Assembly: GCA_964514965.1 (NCBI GenBank)
Contig: CAZETV010000002.1
Coordinates: 213,057 to 245,056 of the forward strand
Length of the DNA stretch: 32,000 nt
Source of the DNA: Candidatus Hadarchaeota archaeon
GTDB taxonomy: Archaea; Hadarchaeota; Hadarchaeia; Hadarchaeales; Hadarchaeaceae
Direction: 5' to 3'
Position numbers and translations under genes: made by a program. A model generated the notes under the pieces. That model was given only the letters and a program-made list of their open reading frames with translations, ran no database searches and had not been told where the DNA came from. Shown one piece after another: positions 27,767 through 32,000 of this stretch (the first letter of the stretch is position 1; each line of letters starts with the position of its first letter).

Positions 27767-27929
27767 CGCCGGGGAGAGGACTCGAACCTCTGACCGCCTG
27801 GTCGCTGTACACAAGCATGTCGTCCCCGGTAATTGAGGTTCGTTCTTCATCCATGCCAGGTTTAACAGCCAGGCGCGTTCGGCAGGCGCAGAATTAACTG
27901 TAGCCTACTACCTACTGCGCCACCCCGGC
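27767..27929 (-). tRNA. tRNA-Asn(GTT) with two introns (30 nt in the D-arm, 60 nt at 37/38); encoded CCA at 27764-27766
   Basis: Exons assemble to a 73-nt tRNA: GCCGGGG TG GCGC AGTAGGTA GCGC G CCTGG CTGTTAA CCAGG CGGTC AGAGG TTCGAGT CCTCT CCCCGGC G. Intron 2 has a canonical BHB. Confidence 0.88.
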
Positions 27930-28036
27930 GCCGTAGGATATATCCCAACTTTAAACATATAAGGCATCTTTAAATATCTCGGGGATTGTTGGAACCGATC
28001 ATTTAAACCATTTTTACATTCTTTGAGCTTGCCGCT

Positions 28037-28792
28037 TCAAATTTCCAGTATCGCCTTCCGGCACATCTTTCTAAAAGTTACTCTGAGATTTACTTTATTA
28101 TCAAAATTCTTAGCTTTTTTGCGCAGCCTCGCCCGCGGCTGATACGACAAACACTCAGCCGTTTTTATTAGAAGTGGCATAGCACGAACTATATTGTCAA
28201 CAATCGTAATGTCCGCCGCCCGTGCAGTCCTTGACAACGGATTCAGGTCAATCGCAATGATGTGTTTTCCGAGTTTTTTCAAAGTGTCCGTTCGATCGCC
28301 ATCCTCGAGCGGAACTAGAACGACATCCGCAACAGCGATTCCCCTCCGGTCAACTTTCCTTCGATCACTATAGATCTCATTTATCCGAATCGAGAACTTT
28401 TTACCAGACCCGAGCACCTCTTTTACTCCATGTTTTCGCAACCATCGGGCTATTGCTGCCTCACGTTTTATTGAACCATGAAATAGATTGACCTCGACTT
28501 TCGCGTTTGTTACTTTCGCCAGTTTTGCAATATCTTCCGGCACGAGCGCCGCTACGTTGCCGTTCACAGAGATTACAGGATGTTTTGCCAAGAGGAGCAT
28601 TGCAGCCGCGGCCTCGATAGCGTGTCGGGCGTGCTTGGTCGTTTGTTCGCCCAGCATATAGTCGAACGCCTCACCCCGACCGTGCGCCGCCAGTCCCTCA
28701 GGTACAACTAATCCAGCATTGAATCCATCGACGAGCCGCTCACGAATGCGTAAAGACTCCGCGCGAGGATGCAAAGGAGAAACTTTGCTCAT
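28037..28792 (-). CDS. 4-phosphopantoate--beta-alanine ligase (archaeal CoA biosynthesis)
   Basis: HPRAESLRIRERLVDGFNAGLVVPEGLAAHGRGEAFDYMLGE, VNGNVAAL, LVPLEDGDRT, IDLNPLSRTA. Confidence 0.93.
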   Translation of the reverse strand: MSKVSPLHPRAESLRIRERLVDGFNAGLVVPEGLAAHGRGEAFDYMLGEQTTKHARHAIEAAAAMLLLAKHPVISVNGNVAALVPEDIAKLAKVTNAKVEVNLFHGSIKREAAIARWLRKHGVKEVLGSGKKFSIRINEIYSDRRKVDRRGIAVADVVLVPLEDGDRTDTLKKLGKHIIAIDLNPLSRTARAADITIVDNIVRAMPLLIKTAECLSYQPRARLRKKAKNFDNKVNLRVTFRKMCRKAILEI

Positions 28793-28872
28793 CTGATCAT
28801 CGATAAATTTCCCCTCGTTCGTTTAAATCTGACTATGAAAAGCTTTTTTGGGCAGGCAAAACCATCTCAAAA

Positions 28873-29550
28873 GTGATGATCATGCGCCCTCATCCTCTTA
28901 TCATTGTCCCCCTTTTCTTGGCCGTGATCGCTTTGGTAATAACGAGTGGTACGAGTGGATATCTCCTGCCTCTCGCAGCGGGGTTGTCGGTCGCGACTGT
29001 GTTCCTTGCATTCGCCGTGATCTTCCAGTATACGAGACCGCCCCCCGATGTCAAACAAGTCCCAGTCGAGAATTTCTACCTCTGGGCAGATATCGGTGAG
29101 TCCGGAGCGGAACTTAGTCGGCTCAGCCTTGGAGATGTCGAAGCAGCGACGCGCATAGTTAGTGCTGATCTCAGCGCTCTCTCCTCAAACGCGGACCTTC
29201 TCAATGCTCGCATTTCCCTGCTCCTTGGTAGAGAAGGATTCGAGGAATTGACGCGAGAGAAGTTTAACTTGCAAACCGAAAAACTTTCCGAGGACCTCCG
29301 CGGAATCACCAGACAACTGAAGAAAGAATTTCAAGCTGAAATATTGAGCTCAATCGAACAGTGTGCTTCTCAGGCCGATCGAATCGCGAACAAACTTTAC
29401 GATTTCCAGCGAGGAAAGTCGGAAGTAATCCACACTTATGCCGAACCTCTGCGCAGGGCTGCAGAAAAACTTTCCAGCGACCTGAGACTCGCCTTCGTGA
29501 ATATTTCAAATTTCATGAAAAGCTCACAGGCTGGATTTGAGAGTTCTTAG
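28873..29550 (+). CDS. Hypothetical protein with N-terminal TM segments and coiled-coil-like C-terminal region
   Basis: MMIMRPHPLIIVPLFLAVIALVITSGTSGYLLPLAAGLSVATVFLAFAVIF followed by a charged helical segment. Confidence 0.65.
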   Translation: MMIMRPHPLIIVPLFLAVIALVITSGTSGYLLPLAAGLSVATVFLAFAVIFQYTRPPPDVKQVPVENFYLWADIGESGAELSRLSLGDVEAATRIVSADLSALSSNADLLNARISLLLGREGFEELTREKFNLQTEKLSEDLRGITRQLKKEFQAEILSSIEQCASQADRIANKLYDFQRGKSEVIHTYAEPLRRAAEKLSSDLRLAFVNISNFMKSSQAGFESS

Positions 29551-29561
29551 AGGGATCGTTC

Positions 29562-30806
29562 ATGGCGAAGCCGCACGTAAACTTGGTATTTATCGGTCAT
29601 GTCGACCACGGGAAGTCCACACTTATTGGCAAGCTACTCATTGAGCTTGGCGTAGTCTCAGAGAAGGAAATCAGTGAAGATGCGGGAAGTTTCAAGTTTG
29701 CGTGGGTGATGGACCGCGAGAAAGAGGAGCGCGACCGAGGACTGACAATCGATGTGGCTTACCGTAAGCTTGAGACTTCCAAGAATTACATCACTATAAT
29801 CGACGCACCTGGACACCGAGATTTTGTGAAAAATATGATTACTGGGGCAAGCCAAGCCGACGCAGCGGTGCTCGTGGTCGCGGCTGACGATGGAATCATG
29901 CCCCAGACGCGGGAGCACGCGGCGCTCGCGTTCACTCTTGGTGTGGGACAGCTCATTGTGGCGATAAACAAGATGGACCTCGTAAATTACGACGAGGCGG
30001 CCTACGATAAATTGAAGGAAGATTTAGTCACGCTGCTAGGCGGTATAGGATATCGTAACGCAAGCGATTTTATTTACATACCAATCTCCGCTTTCCACGG
30101 AGAAAACGTGGCAAAGGCTAGCTCGAAGATGCCTTGGTACAACGGTCCTAATTTGCTCCAAGGGCTGGAAACGTTCACCGAGCCTGAGAAACCAATCGAC
30201 AAGCCCCTTAGAATTCCCATACAAGATGTCTTTTCAGTCACAGGTGTTGGAACCGTACCCATAGGGCGGGTCGAAACCGGAGTACTAAAGATCGGTGATT
30301 CCATTGTGTTCGAGCCCTCGGGAAAGAGCGGTGAGGTTCGATCAATCGAGATGCACCACGAATCCATGCAAAAAGCCATGCCCGGCGACAATATAGGCTT
30401 CAACGTTCGCGGTGTTTCAAAGGCAGACGTGAAGCGGGGCGATGTTGCCGGACATCCTGACAGACCCCCCACTGTCGCGAGCGAGTTCACCGCAAAAATC
30501 ATTGTGCTCGCAGTGCCCACTGATCTCACTCCTGGTTTCGTGCCGTTATTCCATTGCCACTCCGCACATGCTCCCGGGAGGTTTGAAGAGATTATCCAAA
30601 AAATAGACCCGCGCACGGGAGCAGTGGTTGAAGAGAGACCTAAGGCACTGCGAAAAGGCGATGCAGGTCTCGTTCGCGTGGTTCTGAATAAGCCCATCGT
30701 GATTGAGCGCACCAGCGATATCCCCGAGCTAAGCAGGTTCGCGGTTCGCCACGGGGGGCAAACAATTGCGGCGGGGATGTGTGTCGACCTAACGCCAGCA
30801 AAGTGA
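29562..30806 (+). CDS. tuf: Translation elongation factor 1-alpha (aEF1A)
   Basis: GHVDHGKSTLIGKLL, DREKEERDRGLTID, DAPGHRDFVKNMITGASQADAAVLVV, NKMD, GDNIGFNVRGV. Confidence 0.92.
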   Translation: MAKPHVNLVFIGHVDHGKSTLIGKLLIELGVVSEKEISEDAGSFKFAWVMDREKEERDRGLTIDVAYRKLETSKNYITIIDAPGHRDFVKNMITGASQADAAVLVVAADDGIMPQTREHAALAFTLGVGQLIVAINKMDLVNYDEAAYDKLKEDLVTLLGGIGYRNASDFIYIPISAFHGENVAKASSKMPWYNGPNLLQGLETFTEPEKPIDKPLRIPIQDVFSVTGVGTVPIGRVETGVLKIGDSIVFEPSGKSGEVRSIEMHHESMQKAMPGDNIGFNVRGVSKADVKRGDVAGHPDRPPTVASEFTAKIIVLAVPTDLTPGFVPLFHCHSAHAPGRFEEIIQKIDPRTGAVVEERPKALRKGDAGLVRVVLNKPIVIERTSDIPELSRFAVRHGGQTIAAGMCVDLTPAK

Positions 30807-30820
30807 ACAAAAGCGTATGC

Positions 30821-31642
30821 CTAAAGCTTCGGAATTTCTGGCATGCTGAGCTTGTGGGTTATTCGCCGTTCTCGCTCGATGAAGCGGTTTACATCCTCAA
30901 CCTTAATGTCTGCCGCACCAGCTATTACATCCGGCTCCAATCCAAGGTCAAGCCCAGCATAAATTATGTCGAGTTTTTCGTATGATATGCCGAGCTCCTC
31001 CTCATCTGTCTGTCCCCGCCAAAGGCCAGCTGAGGGCGCATTTTCAACTATCCACTTCGGCACTTTCAGATGCGCTGCGAGCTGTCTAACCTGCGTCTTG
31101 TAAATGCAACCGAGCGGCATTATATCGACCGCTCCATCCCCGTGTTTAGTGAAATATCCAGCCCGAAGCTCGCTCCGGTTGCCAGTCCCAACCACGAGGC
31201 TGTTGAGCAGGTTTGCATAATAGTAGAGAATCGTCATTCGCACTCGAGGTTTGACGTTGGCCGCTGGGATGCGCGCGCCAATCCTAAAATCGTATAAGTT
31301 TTGGTGTATCCCCAACACTGCTGGAGTGATATCAACTACTCTAAATTTTATACCCAACCTGTTCGAGATGTCATGAGCGTCGGCAACATCTCGAGGATTT
31401 GTGACTCCCGCCTCTGGCATGCAGACCCCTAAGACATTAGGTTTGCCCAAAGCTTTTTCGCAAAGGATAGCCACTACAGATGAGTCTAAACCCCCGCTGA
31501 GCCCTACCACCGCACCATCAGCCCCAGCTTCCCTGATTTTTCGCTTGATGAATGCGACGAGTTTTCGCTCCACGGCAGGAAGGTTTATTTTAAGTGAACG
31601 CTTAATCAGCTTCGTGACGTCCTTTTTGGTCATCTGTGTCAC
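30821..31642 (-). CDS. nadE: NAD synthetase (NH3-dependent type)
   Basis: GLSGGLDSSVVAILCEKALG, VVGTGNRSELRAGYFTKHGDGAVDIMPLGCIYKTQVRQLA; no fused nitrilase domain. Confidence 0.96.
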   Translation of the reverse strand: MTQMTKKDVTKLIKRSLKINLPAVERKLVAFIKRKIREAGADGAVVGLSGGLDSSVVAILCEKALGKPNVLGVCMPEAGVTNPRDVADAHDISNRLGIKFRVVDITPAVLGIHQNLYDFRIGARIPAANVKPRVRMTILYYYANLLNSLVVGTGNRSELRAGYFTKHGDGAVDIMPLGCIYKTQVRQLAAHLKVPKWIVENAPSAGLWRGQTDEEELGISYEKLDIIYAGLDLGLEPDVIAGAADIKVEDVNRFIERERRITHKLSMPEIPKL

Positions 31643-31938
31643 TTTATTAAAGCGAATAAGTCTATAAACTACTTACTCTTGTCCTTCTTTTCCTCCTGTT
31701 CTTGACTTTGAATTCCGCCTTTTTACTCTGCCCGTCGCTTTGGCTTGGAAGCTGTTCCGGAGTTTACCGGCCACGCGCTCGAGGTGATGCAGTAAACGCG
31801 AGTTTCAAGGAGGGGAACCTCACGGACGGACGTAGCTCGAATTCAGAAGACTTGTTCTTAACCAGCCTCTCAACCTCCACTATGGACTTCCCGGTCCAGC
31901 GCCCTTTTCGTGGATTTCGGTGAAGGAATTTGTTTCGA

Positions 31939-31998
31939 CCACTATCGGCTTTGTTGAATAAGTCTTCATCACCCCCTACTTTTGCAACACGATAGTGG
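31939..31998. repeat. Inverted repeat CCACTATCG ... CGATAGTGG at the right window edge
   Basis: Perfect 9-bp arms (31939-31947, 31990-31998) with 42-nt intervening sequence; inner TGTTG/CAACA also complementary. Confidence 0.55.
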
Positions 31999-32000
31999 CT

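Noticed and set aside
1-32000. CRISPR array or classical defence system
   Set aside because: No regularly spaced repeats and no cas, restriction, argonaute or CBASS-like proteins recognised; only a common type II toxin-antitoxin pair.

Overview
This is an archaeal genome window, shown by BHB-type tRNA introns, Alba, NrpR regulators, aEF1A and a split glutamate synthase. The left 14 kb is a dense nitrogen/glutamine locus. It runs from a truncated purF-like gene through carA and nrpR-like copy 1, then divergently to glnA and a five-gene modular glutamate synthase set. trpE-trpG, hisF-hisH, a fused guaA and nrpR-like copy 2 follow. Six glutamine-amidotransferase genes or domains plus glutamine synthetase lie between two NrpR-like regulators. 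A perfect inverted repeat (AATAGGTA-N6-TACCTATT) sits in the divergent nrpR1/glnA promoter region. Four tRNA genes are present. Three carry introns (five introns in all), which I could fold as bulge-helix-bulge motifs, including non-canonical D-arm and anticodon-stem positions. The middle part (about 16.5-26.5 kb) is mosaic. It holds tRNA 3'-end-like repeats, RHS/YD-repeat fragments flanking a Phd/RelE-type toxin-antitoxin pair, alba, an MBL-fold gene, an IS110 remnant, cobalamin/radical SAM genes including a lone cobalamin-binding domain, a MarR regulator with a palindromic operator candidate, and a DHA2-type MFS exporter. The right part holds DHH phosphoesterase, tRNA-Asn, phosphopantoate-beta-alanine ligase, aEF1A and nadE. 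I saw no CRISPR array and no rRNA. I did not find a clearly new defence system. The strongest candidates for follow-up are the glutamine supercluster with its operator and the multi-intron tRNAs.
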